Of a DNA stretch of 32,000 nt, positions 8,334-16,875 are shown in pieces. The stretch is taken from positions 600,001 through 632,000 of the forward strand of contig NC_009954.1 in NCBI RefSeq assembly GCF_000018305.1. Reading direction: 5' to 3'. The notes beneath the pieces are model-generated. The model was not told the DNA's origin. It worked only from the letters and a program-made list of their open reading frames with translations, and searched no databases. Each line of letters starts with the position of its first letter. Positions within the stretch are counted from its first letter, which is position 1. The position numbers were made by a program, and so were the translations under genes. The stretch comes from Caldivirga maquilingensis IC-167 (GTDB lineage: Archaea; Thermoproteota; Thermoprotei; Thermoproteales; Thermocladiaceae).

Positions 8334-9317
8334 TTAAGTGCAGTTACCCAGTGGGTTAAGGATTGGGGCGACTTTACGGCAGGTTTCCCTTAATTCCCTA
8401 GCCTTATCCTCAGGTAGTGAATCATAGGTAAAGGTCCATAATCCCCATTCAACACCAGCAGCATACTTAAGCTTACTGGCATCCCTAAGCATTGGGTAGA
8501 ATTCAACATGCATGTGGTAGGATTCATCATTCTTAACCGGGCCTTGGTGGAAGGCCATTATGTAGGGCATATCCCTACCCAACACGTTATCAAGCATCGC
8601 CGTGGTTACCCTGAGGGCATCAGCTAATTTAACTAACTCATCATCAGTTAATTGAGTCATCTTCTGAACATGCCTTCTAGGTATTACGTGAATCTCATAA
8701 GGCCACATGGAGTAGTAAGGCTTCACTACGTAGAATTCACCATTAGTGTAAAGCACCCTTTCCCCAAGCTTAACCTCCTCATCAAGTATACTGCATAGTA
8801 GGCACTTACCCGTCCTCCTCATGTGCCTCCTCATGTTCCTTAACTCAAGCCTAATCCTCAGGGGTATGTAGGGTAAGGCATACATTTGACTATGCGGGTG
8901 GGTTAAGGATACCCCTATCTCCTTACCCTTATTCCTGAAGAAGTAAATGTACTTAACGAAGCCAGTGCCCTCAAGTTTAATCATCTGATCCCTAACACCC
9001 TTCATCACTAGGGTTAAGTCATCTAGGGGTATTTCATGGAGATCCTTAAGATCATGCTTAGGTGACTCAACAATAACCATGCAGTAGCCTAGGGAACGCT
9101 TCGCCTTAAAGCCATTGACACCACGTACCTTTGGGGCATTGGGTGAAAGCATGGGGAATTTATTGGGCAGTATTAGGAAGCGCCAACCCACCCCAGTCTC
9201 CTCATTACCTTCATCAAATGGGCAACGGTCACTGGGTTGCCATGGCCTAGCCTCCCTAACGCTGGATACCATTATCCACTCCCCTATTAATGGATTATAC
9301 CTAAGTTCCATTGCCAT
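8334..9317 (-). CDS. galT: Galactose-1-phosphate uridylyltransferase (HIT superfamily, class I)
   Basis: Active-site HPHSQ (H-x-H-x-Q) and an N-terminal RCPFDEGNE knuckle. It is 327 aa and divergent from galK. Confidence 0.85.
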   Translation of the reverse strand: MAMELRYNPLIGEWIMVSSVREARPWQPSDRCPFDEGNEETGVGWRFLILPNKFPMLSPNAPKVRGVNGFKAKRSLGYCMVIVESPKHDLKDLHEIPLDDLTLVMKGVRDQMIKLEGTGFVKYIYFFRNKGKEIGVSLTHPHSQMYALPYIPLRIRLELRNMRRHMRRTGKCLLCSILDEEVKLGERVLYTNGEFYVVKPYYSMWPYEIHVIPRRHVQKMTQLTDDELVKLADALRVTTAMLDNVLGRDMPYIMAFHQGPVKNDESYHMHVEFYPMLRDASKLKYAAGVEWGLWTFTYDSLPEDKARELRETCRKVAPILNPLGNCT

Positions 9318-9355
9318 GGGTTAGTGCTTATTAAGGCTAGTTAAATGCATTATCA

Positions 9356-10441
9356 ATGATAGTTTCATCAGCCCCAGGCAGGGTGGATCTATTCAACACT
9401 CACCAGGACTATAAGGGGTTACCTGTGGTTCCAGCTGCAGTGGATCTAAGGACTACTGTTGAGGGGGAGTTGAGGATGGGTGATGTTATTAAGGTTAAGT
9501 CAATTAACATGAATGAGGAGGTTGAGTTAAGGATGAGTGATGAATTGAAGGTTGGGCAATGGAGCAGTTACGTATTAGCCGCATTGAAGGCTTTATCAAT
9601 GCACGGTTACTTCATAGGTGGTGCCGAGTTAACAATAAGAAGCAGTGTACCCGTGGGTTCAGGGTTAGCCAGCAGTGCTGCATTACTGGTTTCAGTGGTG
9701 AACTGGTTCAATAAGGCTTACGGCTTAGGCTTATCTAAAAGGGATATTGCTGAATTGGCCTATGAGGCTGAGCACAATGTAATGGGCATACCCTGTGGTA
9801 GACTTGACCAATACTCCTCATCATATGGAGGCCTAATAATACTAGAGACTAGGCCACCCTACAGGGTTGAGGAACTGGGTGTTAAGGGCCTTGACTTCAT
9901 TGTTGTTGACTCAGGGGTTAGGCATAGTACAATGAATGTGCACACGGTTAGGCAGAGGGAGCTTAGGGAGGCCCTCAGTATGCTTAAGGAGTCCATACCG
10001 AGGAGTCATTGGGATAAATTAAATAAGCCACTTGATGAGATTGATTGGGATTGGTTAGCCGCAGCGGCTAAGGATTACTTAAACACACTGAGTGACGTGC
10101 ATAGGAGGAGACTTGAATTCACAATACTCATGAATGAGTCAACAAAGAAGGCTATAGTTGAGTTGAGGAAGAGTAAACCGGATAGGAGGGTTTTAGGTGA
10201 AATCATGAATGAGCAGCATAGGTTACTTAGGGACCTATATGAAGTCAGTATACCGGAGCTTGAGGAGATTAAGAGGGTCCTCGACCTCAATGGCGCATTA
10301 GGGTCTAAGATAAGTGGCGCAGGCATGGGGGGTTCAATAGTGGCCTTAGCTGAGGATAGGAAGGAGGCTGAGAGGATCCTTGACTCCATTAAAAGTAAGT
10401 GGAGGGGTTGGGTTGTATCAATTGATCAAGGCGTGTCATAA
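9356..10441 (+). CDS. galK: Galactokinase (GHMP kinase)
   Basis: N-terminal APGRVDLFNTHQDY (galactokinase signature), GHMP motif PVGSGLASSAAL, and C-terminal GAGMGGS. Confidence 0.85.
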   Translation: MIVSSAPGRVDLFNTHQDYKGLPVVPAAVDLRTTVEGELRMGDVIKVKSINMNEEVELRMSDELKVGQWSSYVLAALKALSMHGYFIGGAELTIRSSVPVGSGLASSAALLVSVVNWFNKAYGLGLSKRDIAELAYEAEHNVMGIPCGRLDQYSSSYGGLIILETRPPYRVEELGVKGLDFIVVDSGVRHSTMNVHTVRQRELREALSMLKESIPRSHWDKLNKPLDEIDWDWLAAAAKDYLNTLSDVHRRRLEFTILMNESTKKAIVELRKSKPDRRVLGEIMNEQHRLLRDLYEVSIPELEEIKRVLDLNGALGSKISGAGMGGSIVALAEDRKEAERILDSIKSKWRGWVVSIDQGVS

Positions 10442-10453
10442 ATATTAACGTGA

Positions 10454-10466
10454 TTTATTTAAAAGG
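10454..10466 (+). promoter_or_regulatory. TATA-like box (atttatttaaaag) for pyruvate kinase
   Basis: Centred ~27 nt upstream of the ATG at 10487. Confidence 0.4.
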
Positions 10467-10486
10467 GGGTTAAGGCAAGGTGTCGT

Positions 10487-11857
10487 ATGGTTGGTAAAGT
10501 TAAGATAATGGCCACAATTGGACCCTCATCAGAGAAGCCTGAGGTTGCTGGGAAACTAATTAAGTTAATTGATGGAGCAAGGGTTAACTTCTCCCACGGT
10601 GACTTAAACACCTGGGTAAGTAGGATTGAGTTAATTAGAAGAATTAACCCAAGCATCCCCATACTCGGTGACTTACCGGGACCAGGGGTAAGGACCGGTG
10701 AAATGGTTGACCTACCCTTCAGTAAGGGTGACTCCTTAACATTTAAACTGGCTAATGAGGGTAAGGGTTACGTACCAGTACCTGTTAAGGAGTTCTTCGA
10801 TATTGTTGATAAGGGTGATGTAATAATAATGGATGATGGTAGGATAAGGCTTGAGGTGACTGGTAAAGGTAGTAATGAGGTTACTGTAGTTGCCTTAACA
10901 AACGGCATAATTAGGACGCATAAGTCAATAACAATTATGAATAAGGATTACCCACTCCCCATACTTGGTGATAGGGATAAGGAGGCCATTAAGGTTGCCG
11001 CCAAGTACAACCTAGAGTACCTTGGGTTAAGCCACGTTAGGAGTGTTGAGGATATTGAGAGCACTAGGGAGTATTTAAGGAGCCTTAATTATTCACCAAT
11101 GATTATTGTTAAGGTTGAGACAGCCAGTGCCATAAGGAGTATAAAGGATATAGCCTGCAATGCGGATTACGTCATGGTGGCTAGGGGTGACTTAGGCATG
11201 GTGTTTAACCTAGAGGAGGTTCCTAAGATTCAGGAGAAGATAATTACAGCAGCCCACTCCTGCGGTAAACCGGTAATGGTGGCTACGCAGCTCCTTGAAT
11301 CCATGGTTAATAACCCGGTACCCACCAGGGCGGAGGTTGTTGACATCATGACTAGTGTGCTTCAGGGTGTTGATTCACTTCTTCTAACCGATGAAACAAC
11401 AATGGGTAATTACCCAGTTGAGGCTGTTGAGTGGCTTAGGAGGATAGTTAGTAATTACGAGGATCAAGTAACCCCAGGCTTTAGGGCTGATTCATCTGTT
11501 TTTGATGAGAGAATGAGGTTTGCCCTAGGGGTAGCTGAGTTAGCTGATAGCATAGGTGCTAAGATAGTCGTCTTCACTAAAAGCGGCTTAACAGCGGTTA
11601 GGCTTTCCAGATATAGGCCTAGGGTACAGATACTGGCTGGTACACCGAGTGAGGCAGTGTTCCGTAGGCTTAAGTTGCTTTGGGGTGTTGAGTCTAGGGT
11701 CATTAATGACCAAGACTACGATAAGGGTATGGTGGATACCTTAAACGAATACATTAAGGAGGGTTTAATAAAGCACGGTGACTTAGTGGTATTAACCTAC
11801 GGCCTTAGACCAAATGTAAGCGAGTATGAGCATGTGATTAAGTTAATTAGGGCCTAA
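10487..11857 (+). CDS. pyk: Pyruvate kinase
   Basis: IMATIGPSS, ARVNFSHGD, the MVARGDLG signature and KPVMVATQLLESM. 456 aa. Confidence 0.9.
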   Translation: MVGKVKIMATIGPSSEKPEVAGKLIKLIDGARVNFSHGDLNTWVSRIELIRRINPSIPILGDLPGPGVRTGEMVDLPFSKGDSLTFKLANEGKGYVPVPVKEFFDIVDKGDVIIMDDGRIRLEVTGKGSNEVTVVALTNGIIRTHKSITIMNKDYPLPILGDRDKEAIKVAAKYNLEYLGLSHVRSVEDIESTREYLRSLNYSPMIIVKVETASAIRSIKDIACNADYVMVARGDLGMVFNLEEVPKIQEKIITAAHSCGKPVMVATQLLESMVNNPVPTRAEVVDIMTSVLQGVDSLLLTDETTMGNYPVEAVEWLRRIVSNYEDQVTPGFRADSSVFDERMRFALGVAELADSIGAKIVVFTKSGLTAVRLSRYRPRVQILAGTPSEAVFRRLKLLWGVESRVINDQDYDKGMVDTLNEYIKEGLIKHGDLVVLTYGLRPNVSEYEHVIKLIRA

Positions 11858-11910
11858 TTCATGGTTAATTAAGGCTTAAGTTATTTAAACACCCCCACTA
11901 TGCTTAACAC

Positions 11911-12345
11911 ATGGTTGACCTAGGGGAGGTTACCGTGAAGGAGCTTGAGTATTTAAGGGCAATTAATGGTGAGGGTTCACCAATATCAATAACATCATTA
12001 TCAAGGAAGTTAGGTAGATCAGCCTCAAGCGTCTATGAGGAGATTAACCACTTAGCCTCAAAGGGCTTCGTAACTAAGAACCCTGATGGAGTCTGCCTAA
12101 CAAGTGACGGTAAGCTGCTCCTTGAGTTGGTTGATAATAGTCACAGGATAATTGAAACCTGGCTTGTTAGCCTAGGCTTCAGTGTTGAGGAGGCTTGCAG
12201 GCTTGCGTCTAAAATGGAGACAACAATGCCTATTGAAGTCCTCAGGAAGCTTTACGAGAACATGGGTAAGCCAAGCTCCTGCCCACATGGTAAACCCATA
12301 ACCTTCGAGGACACGGCATTAAGGGCGGTGAATACCCATAATTAA
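11911..12345 (+). CDS. DtxR/MntR/IdeR-family metal-dependent transcriptional regulator
   Basis: N-terminal wHTH (ELEYLRAI...ITSLSRKLGRSASSVYEEINHLASKGFV) followed by a dimerisation/metal domain (HRIIETWLVSLGFSVEEA..A..ME) and a C..H..CPHG-like end. Confidence 0.7.
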   Translation: MVDLGEVTVKELEYLRAINGEGSPISITSLSRKLGRSASSVYEEINHLASKGFVTKNPDGVCLTSDGKLLLELVDNSHRIIETWLVSLGFSVEEACRLASKMETTMPIEVLRKLYENMGKPSSCPHGKPITFEDTALRAVNTHN

Positions 12346-12368
12346 ATCCACTTCAGCGATAAATAATC

Positions 12369-12779
12369 CTAGGCCCTTCTAGGAGTCCTGGCTCCACAGG
12401 CTGTGCAGACAAGTACGTATATTCTATCCTCTTTAACAAGGTATGTATCTATGGAGCCGCAGACCGGGCATGTTACGTAAAGTTTAATGTACCTATCGTA
12501 AACCGCCTCAAGGGTTCTTGGAGTGCGTTCAGCATAGATTACTAGGGATCCATTAGAGTCAACATTACCTGGTACAGCTAATTCCTTAATGAAGAACCTA
12601 GCCATATGCGTAACATCCCTATTCAACCTATCGGCTATATCCTTAAAGTTCCTAATCATAGTCCTCCTGGGTTCAATTTCAACACTAAGCTTAGGTATCT
12701 CCCTCCTCCTCTCAACCTTAGGTGTCACTATCTTGTAAGCCCTCTCAAGTAGCTTAAGGTAAGTTGGATCAACCGACAT
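12369..12779 (-). CDS. eif2b: Translation initiation factor aIF2 subunit beta
   Basis: YLKLLERAY..., FIKELAVPG, and a C-terminal zinc ribbon CPVCGSIDT...CTACGA. 136 aa. A TATA-like acttataagtg lies ~26 nt upstream. Confidence 0.9.
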   Translation of the reverse strand: MSVDPTYLKLLERAYKIVTPKVERRREIPKLSVEIEPRRTMIRNFKDIADRLNRDVTHMARFFIKELAVPGNVDSNGSLVIYAERTPRTLEAVYDRYIKLYVTCPVCGSIDTYLVKEDRIYVLVCTACGARTPRRA

Positions 12780-13134
12780 TAACCCAACCCCACAGTACCC
12801 ACTTATAAGTGTATAGGAATCACTTAATTATCAGTTACCTTACCATACATACCTCCTTAATATAGGCTGCGTCAATCATTATTAGCTTACTATTCCTTAA
12901 ACAGTTCGTTTACGACTATGAGTAAGAAACCTTATTAGTCAATTTTACTGGGAAATCATTACATACCATATCCCCATGGAGTGCATTGCCTACGGCTTCC
13001 TGCTGAAATTATGGTCGTATCCTTAAGAGCCGTTAAGAATCATCAGTAATAATACTAGTAGCAGTAAACTTGGTTAGCAAGGGGCTATTATTAAGGCTTA
13101 GCTGGTTAATTAGGGAATGATGCAGGATTCGTAA

Positions 13135-13184
13135 TCAGCGCAGGTCAGTTTCACTCACTCTTCAGCACTGCAATGTATCATCAT
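13135..13184 (-). ncRNA. Candidate C/D box sRNA (2'-O-methylation guide)
   Basis: The minus strand reads ATGATGA(C)-tacattgcagtg(12 nt)-CTGA(D')-agag-TGAGTGA(degenerate C')-aactgacctgcg(12 nt)-CTGA(D). The 50-nt core has exact 12-nt guide spacings and lies just 3' of the 13219-13791 gene on the same strand. There is no clear terminal stem. Confidence 0.4.
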
Positions 13185-13218
13185 ACCATTAATGCATTTA
13201 TAAAGGGAATTTAAGGCT

Positions 13219-13791
13219 TTATACCATGTTTACAATATGCGTAGTCATTATTGCTAGGGCGATTACCGCTATGGCTATGTTCATGGGTTTGGAAACATCA
13301 TGCTTCATCAACACTTGGGCCAGTTTATCCAAGGTTAGCCCTATGATGAATATAAACATTGATGATACTGCTATGAATAGTACTATATAAACCATTCCAG
13401 TGATTAATCCTACCTCAGCCGCCATCACTGCCACTAGAACCTTAGTTGGTGTTATTGCTAATGCACCTTGAATTATCCCAGAGCTCATGGATCCCTTAAC
13501 ACCGATCTCTAATTCCTTATTCATGAGTTCACCAATTAGTAGTGCCGCCGCGAATGCCATACCCACTAGGTTTCCTATTAATTCCAATTCCTTATTCATT
13601 GCAATGATGAGTACCAGGGGTATTGATATCAATATGAAGCCAATACCGTGAGATAAACCAAAGAGTAAGTATTCCCTTTCATCCTTCAGTAGCCTTAAGG
13701 TTGCTATGTGGTCAGGCTCCACTGCATGGGATGCGCCTAGTAGTATCACTGTGACTAGGGTTGTTGCAGGTGATATGACTAATAAAGCCAT
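13219..13791 (-). CDS. Short NicO/NiCoT-like metal (Ni/Co) transporter-family membrane protein
   Basis: SHAVEPDHIA matches the H-x4-D-H signature (RHAxDADHI) of nickel/cobalt permeases, followed by LFGLSHGIG. It has ~6 TM helices in only 190 aa. Confidence 0.5.
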   Translation of the reverse strand: MALLVISPATTLVTVILLGASHAVEPDHIATLRLLKDEREYLLFGLSHGIGFILISIPLVLIIAMNKELELIGNLVGMAFAAALLIGELMNKELEIGVKGSMSSGIIQGALAITPTKVLVAVMAAEVGLITGMVYIVLFIAVSSMFIFIIGLTLDKLAQVLMKHDVSKPMNIAIAVIALAIMTTHIVNMV

Positions 13792-14718
13792 ATCCCAACG
13801 CCCCTAGAACCATGTATTTAACTCTTTATGGCAGTGTTAATAGTGGATGCAGCCTAATTTCCGGTTATTAATTCCCATGAATCATGGGGACTCATTAAGT
13901 ATGCTTAGCTCAGATCAGTGTTAAGCTGGGTTTGTTGAGTATAGACATGGCTAATGCTATAATGAGGGCCTTCGGAAAATTAATGAGCAGTGCATTGGAT
14001 GGATACATAGAGTTTAATGTTTCTACTTGTTTTCTTTAGGTGGTTTATGGTTTACCGCTTGCATCCTCATTGTTTCATGAGGAGTTACCCTCGCTCTCGC
14101 ATCCCTAGGATTCAGGAATATGTAGAATGAACCTAGAGCTTAAAAGCTCCATCCCTAGAAGGAGCAAGGCTCATCATCTTCTTTGGTCAATAATTATTGA
14201 TACTATTATGGATTCACCTATGAATTCATCAGATGACAAGATTACCGAATTAAGATAAGTATGAGTATACAACTAGTGAATCGTAACGCGGTAGGTCAAA
14301 TAAGGCTCATTAGTGAGACTGGTGGTAAGTAGTAGGAAGCCTAATGTTAAGGTTATGATGGGGCAAGCCAGAATCCTCTGCAGCATTAATAATATTACTA
14401 TCACTAATCTTGGGTTATGAAACGGCTTCATCACTAGTTAAGGGTTTAAGCACTGGCTCATCAATTAGAGATTTACTTAAGGGACTGGGTTACAGTTAAT
14501 GAAAACATCAACAAAATACTCAATATAATGGAATTGACGAAACCTGGATTTAAGATTAAGAAGGTAATTAATGGATCCACTACGTGGATCATAGGTATTA
14601 TCCATTAAAATGATTTATTCATACCAATTTATAACCGATAACTAATCCCTTTGGCCCTAGGTTTATGCCCTTACCTGCTAAATATTAGCCATTTTACGGT
14701 GAAACTATATCATTCTCA

Positions 14719-14976
14719 TTACTGCTTCCTGGCTACTATTCTATAGGTTCCATTACCTATAGGTTCAATACTGATTACTTCACCATTAAGCTCCTCTACG
14801 GCTGCTGGAACTGTTTCACAGCTTAGTGGATTATCTATAAGTATTTCCACCTCATCGCCTCTACTTAATTGCGTAAAATACTTCCTAGTGAATAATACTG
14901 GGTATGGACATGCGTAACCTCTTAAATCTAGCTCATACCTACCACTACTACTTCTCCGAAGCTCAACCATAACCAC
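14719..14976 (-). CDS. tusA: TusA/SirA-family sulfur carrier protein
   Basis: LDLRGYACPYPVL contains the conserved CPxP persulfide-carrying Cys motif. It is ~83-85 aa. The likely true start is the ATG at 14970, because 14976 is GTG. Confidence 0.8.
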   Translation of the reverse strand: MVMVELRRSSSGRYELDLRGYACPYPVLFTRKYFTQLSRGDEVEILIDNPLSCETVPAAVEELNGEVISIEPIGNGTYRIVARKQ

Positions 14977-15066
14977 TAGACTATAATAATATTGAAAAAC
15001 ATTCTACTGAAGTTATAAAATACATTTAGGGATTAGCTTAATACCTTATAATTCACTGAGCAACCT

Positions 15067-16233
15067 ATGAGTGATTTATTTGCAACATCAGTAGTAGGTA
15101 GTTGGCCGAGGCCAAGGTGGTTATTGGATGCGCTTAAACGCAGGAATAAGGGTGAGTTAAGCATTGATGATTTTAATAAGATCGCCGATGAGGCTGTGCT
15201 TCTTGCCATTAAGTACCAGGAGGATGCTGGTATTGATGTGATTACTGATGGTGAACAGAGACGCGACAACTTCTACTCATTCGTCGTTGATAAGCTTAAT
15301 GGTGTTAAGTTAATGAGTGCAGCAGAGTTACTGGATTACGTTGAGAATAAGGAGATGTTTGAGAACGTGCTAAGGGCCCAGGACGTGCCATCTACTTCAA
15401 TAAGGAACCCGGTGGCTGTGGATAAGGTGAGTTTAAAGAGGCCCCTTGTCTCAGATGAAGCATTGTTCCTCAAGGAGCATACTAGAAGTCGTATTAAAGT
15501 GACTATACCGGGACCGTACTTACTCACGAGATCCATGTGGGTTAAGGCATTGTCAGGGGGAGTTTACCCAACTAGGTATGATTTAGCCAAGGATATTACT
15601 AAGATACTTAGGGAAGAGATTATTAGGCTTAGGGATTTAGGCGTGGATTTCATTCAACTGGATGAACCAACACTAATGGAGGTGCTTTACGGCAAGTATG
15701 GTGTTGGCTCAACATTCATGTGTGCAGTGCTTGCTGCTAGAATGGATCCAACCGAGGAGTTGGAGTTCGCTGTAAACTTGATAAACGAGACCATTAAGGG
15801 TATTGATGGTGTTAGATTAGGTATCCACGTGTGTAGGGGTAATTGGACTAAGAATGAGAAGGCTTTATTAAGCGGTGACTATAGGCCATTGTTACCATAC
15901 CTCATGGAAACTAAGGTAAAGCAGTTGGTTCTTGAATTCTCAACACCAAGGGCTGGTGACGTGGATGTTTTAAGGGATTACGCCAATGAGAAGGAGATTG
16001 GCCTTGGCGTCGTTAATCCTAGGAGTGATGTTGTGGAAAGCGAGGATTTTGTAATTGAAAGGGTTAAAAGAGTCATTAAGTTCCAGGATGCAGGTAAGGT
16101 GTGGTTAAACCCAGACTGCGGTTTCGGAACCTTTGCAGAGGTTCCACTGGTTAATTCGGAGATTGCCTATAGGAAGCTGAGAATTATGGTTAATGCAGCC
16201 AAGAAACTGAGGCAAGAGTTTACGGGCAAGTAG
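15067..16233 (+). CDS. metE: Cobalamin-independent methionine synthase-like protein (MetE C-terminal catalytic domain, COG0620)
   Basis: The N-terminus is TSVVGSWPRP. The Zn-ligand pattern is IHVCRGN (H-x-C), LVLEFS (Glu) and NPDCGF (Cys). At 388 aa it is a single-domain archaeal type. Confidence 0.8.
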   Translation: MSDLFATSVVGSWPRPRWLLDALKRRNKGELSIDDFNKIADEAVLLAIKYQEDAGIDVITDGEQRRDNFYSFVVDKLNGVKLMSAAELLDYVENKEMFENVLRAQDVPSTSIRNPVAVDKVSLKRPLVSDEALFLKEHTRSRIKVTIPGPYLLTRSMWVKALSGGVYPTRYDLAKDITKILREEIIRLRDLGVDFIQLDEPTLMEVLYGKYGVGSTFMCAVLAARMDPTEELEFAVNLINETIKGIDGVRLGIHVCRGNWTKNEKALLSGDYRPLLPYLMETKVKQLVLEFSTPRAGDVDVLRDYANEKEIGLGVVNPRSDVVESEDFVIERVKRVIKFQDAGKVWLNPDCGFGTFAEVPLVNSEIAYRKLRIMVNAAKKLRQEFTGK

Positions 16234-16276
16234 AGTAAGAGTTCTTCATTTAAATCTTAAACCTGAAATATTTAAC

Positions 16277-16293
16277 AATGCATTTAATGCATT
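16277..16293. promoter_or_regulatory. Two adjacent copies of the 8-bp palindrome AATGCATT upstream of the OsmC-like/rhodanese operon
   Basis: AATGCATT occurs at 16277-16284 and again at 16286-16293, separated by one T, 41-57 nt upstream of the ATG at 16334. This is a candidate operator. Confidence 0.3.
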
Positions 16294-16333
16294 CATAATT
16301 GTGTATTTCTACTAGCTACGTATTAGTGTTGTT

Positions 16334-16873
16334 ATGGTTCAGGTGGTGGGGTTTAATGGGCTTGATTTGGATGCGTTGAGGAGGATTGTGGATGAGATAT
16401 CTAGGAATCCATCCATGGTTAAGCAGACTAGTACTTGGGTGGCTAGGACTAGGTGGTTGGGTGGGTTTAGGGTTAAGGCTTATGTTAGGAACTTCACAGT
16501 GGAGTTTGATGAACCAGATTCCCTAGGTGGTTCAGGGAAGGCACCAAAACCTACTGAGTACATTCTAGCCGCATTGGGTGCTTGTTTAACCATAGGCTTT
16601 ATACTTAATGCAACTAAGAGGGGTGTGAGGGTTAATGACTTGGAGATAGCCCTTGAGGGTGATTTAAACAATGTCCTAGTATTCCTAGGATTAAGTAATG
16701 AGGGTCATCCAGGGTATAGGGAGATAAGGGTTAAGGCCTACATAAACACAGACGCCCCAGAAAACATTGTGAAGGAGCTATGGGAATACACAGTGAAAAC
16801 ATCACCAGTAGGCAATACACTAACCAACACCGTTAACCTAATCACCGATGTAAAGGTAATCAATGAAGTGTAA
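16334..16873 (+). CDS. OsmC/Ohr-family protein retaining only the first catalytic Cys
   Basis: GKAPKPTEYILAALGACLTIGF is the family's first Cys motif. The position of the second CPV motif reads KTSPVGNTL, so Ser replaces Cys. Confidence 0.75.
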   Translation: MVQVVGFNGLDLDALRRIVDEISRNPSMVKQTSTWVARTRWLGGFRVKAYVRNFTVEFDEPDSLGGSGKAPKPTEYILAALGACLTIGFILNATKRGVRVNDLEIALEGDLNNVLVFLGLSNEGHPGYREIRVKAYINTDAPENIVKELWEYTVKTSPVGNTLTNTVNLITDVKVINEV

Positions 16874-16875
16874 AC

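Noticed and set aside
13900-13935. tRNA-like D-arm string (gcttagctcagatcagtgttaagc).
   Set aside because: It forms only one 5-bp hairpin, with no acceptor, anticodon or T arms around it. It is far too AT-rich for a hyperthermophile tRNA.
14100-14178. A second C/D-box-like arrangement on the minus strand: ATGATGA (rc of 14171-14177), then 55 nt, then CTGA.
   Set aside because: The position 12 nt after the C box reads CTAG, not CTGA. No C'-like box sits 12 nt upstream of the terminal CTGA, and there is no flanking stem. Other TGATGA hits at 14226-14232, 14446-14452 and 7158-7164 likewise lack correctly spaced D boxes.
13802-14660. CCCTAG(A/G) occurs four times in the 927-bp gene-free tract (13802, 14103, 14153, 14655), which looked like a repeated binding motif.
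   Set aside because: The same hexamer or its complement is frequent elsewhere in the window, including coding regions (for example near 4225, 9091, 11523, 11630, 16516 and 20395). Enrichment is therefore not convincing without a genome-wide count.
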